From positions 1 to 25,939 of the IMG/VR virus record IMGVR_UViG_3300030330_000338: a DNA stretch of 25,939 nt; one strand, written 5' to 3'. The notes beneath the pieces were generated by a model. It was not told where the DNA came from, did not search any database, and saw only the letters and a list, made by a program, of their open reading frames with translations. This DNA comes from a virus. Taxonomy: Duplodnaviria; Caudoviricetes. Numbering within the stretch: position 1 is the stretch's first letter; every line of letters starts with the position of its first letter. This document shows positions 25,803 through 25,939 of this stretch, piece by piece. A program made the position numbers and the translations under genes.

Positions 25803-25939
25803 TATTTCTTTCCTTTTCTTTTTACGCCTCTACCTTTTAAGATATCAGCAAAGGTTACTTTTCCATCTCCAGTTAAGTCAGGAAATTTTTTTCCTTTTTT
25901 CTTTTTCATTTTGCGTTTAGTAGCTTTCGCCTGCTGTGC
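25802..25939 (-). CDS. Basic small protein with EF-hand/dockerin-like loop, probably 5'-partial (not in ORF track)
   Basis: Open to the right edge: ...AQQAKATKRKMKKKKGKKFPDLTGDGKVTFADILKGRGVKRKGKK*. An internal ATG at 25909 lacks an obvious SD. Confidence 0.65.
   Translation of the reverse strand, partial: AQQAKATKRKMKKKKGKKFPDLTGDGKVTFADILKGRGVKRKGKK

Noticed and set aside
1-25939. Alternative genetic code, introns/inteins or mobile elements
   Set aside because: Long genes are intact under the standard code and of expected size. No homing endonuclease, intein, transposase or integrase signatures were seen.

Overview
This window is the morphogenesis (late) region of an AT-rich tailed dsDNA bacteriophage with a podovirus-type architecture. 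All credible genes are on the minus strand and are tightly packed, often with TAATG/ATGA overlaps. In transcription order (right to left) it contains: a cluster of at least seven tiny, extremely Lys/Arg-rich genes (four missing from the ORF track) with one acidic lipoprotein in the middle; large terminase with an N-terminal CxxC...CxxC motif; P22-like portal; acidic scaffold; a ~200-nt CG-rich, hairpin-dense non-coding leader; N4-gp56/DUF4043-type major capsid protein; a small HeH/Rho-N-like protein; two adaptor-like proteins; a GNAT-like protein; four putative ejection proteins (one with a lambda-R-like muralytic domain, one 2489 aa with a degenerate zincin motif); three tail-associated proteins (one with an intact-looking type-1 copper site); and a repeat-built tail fibre running off the left edge (also missing from the ORF track). 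The plus-strand ORFs are antisense shadows. The strongest candidates for undescribed biology are the structured RNA upstream of the capsid gene and the polycationic mini-gene array upstream of terminase. Family names come from motif recognition and gene order, not from database searches.
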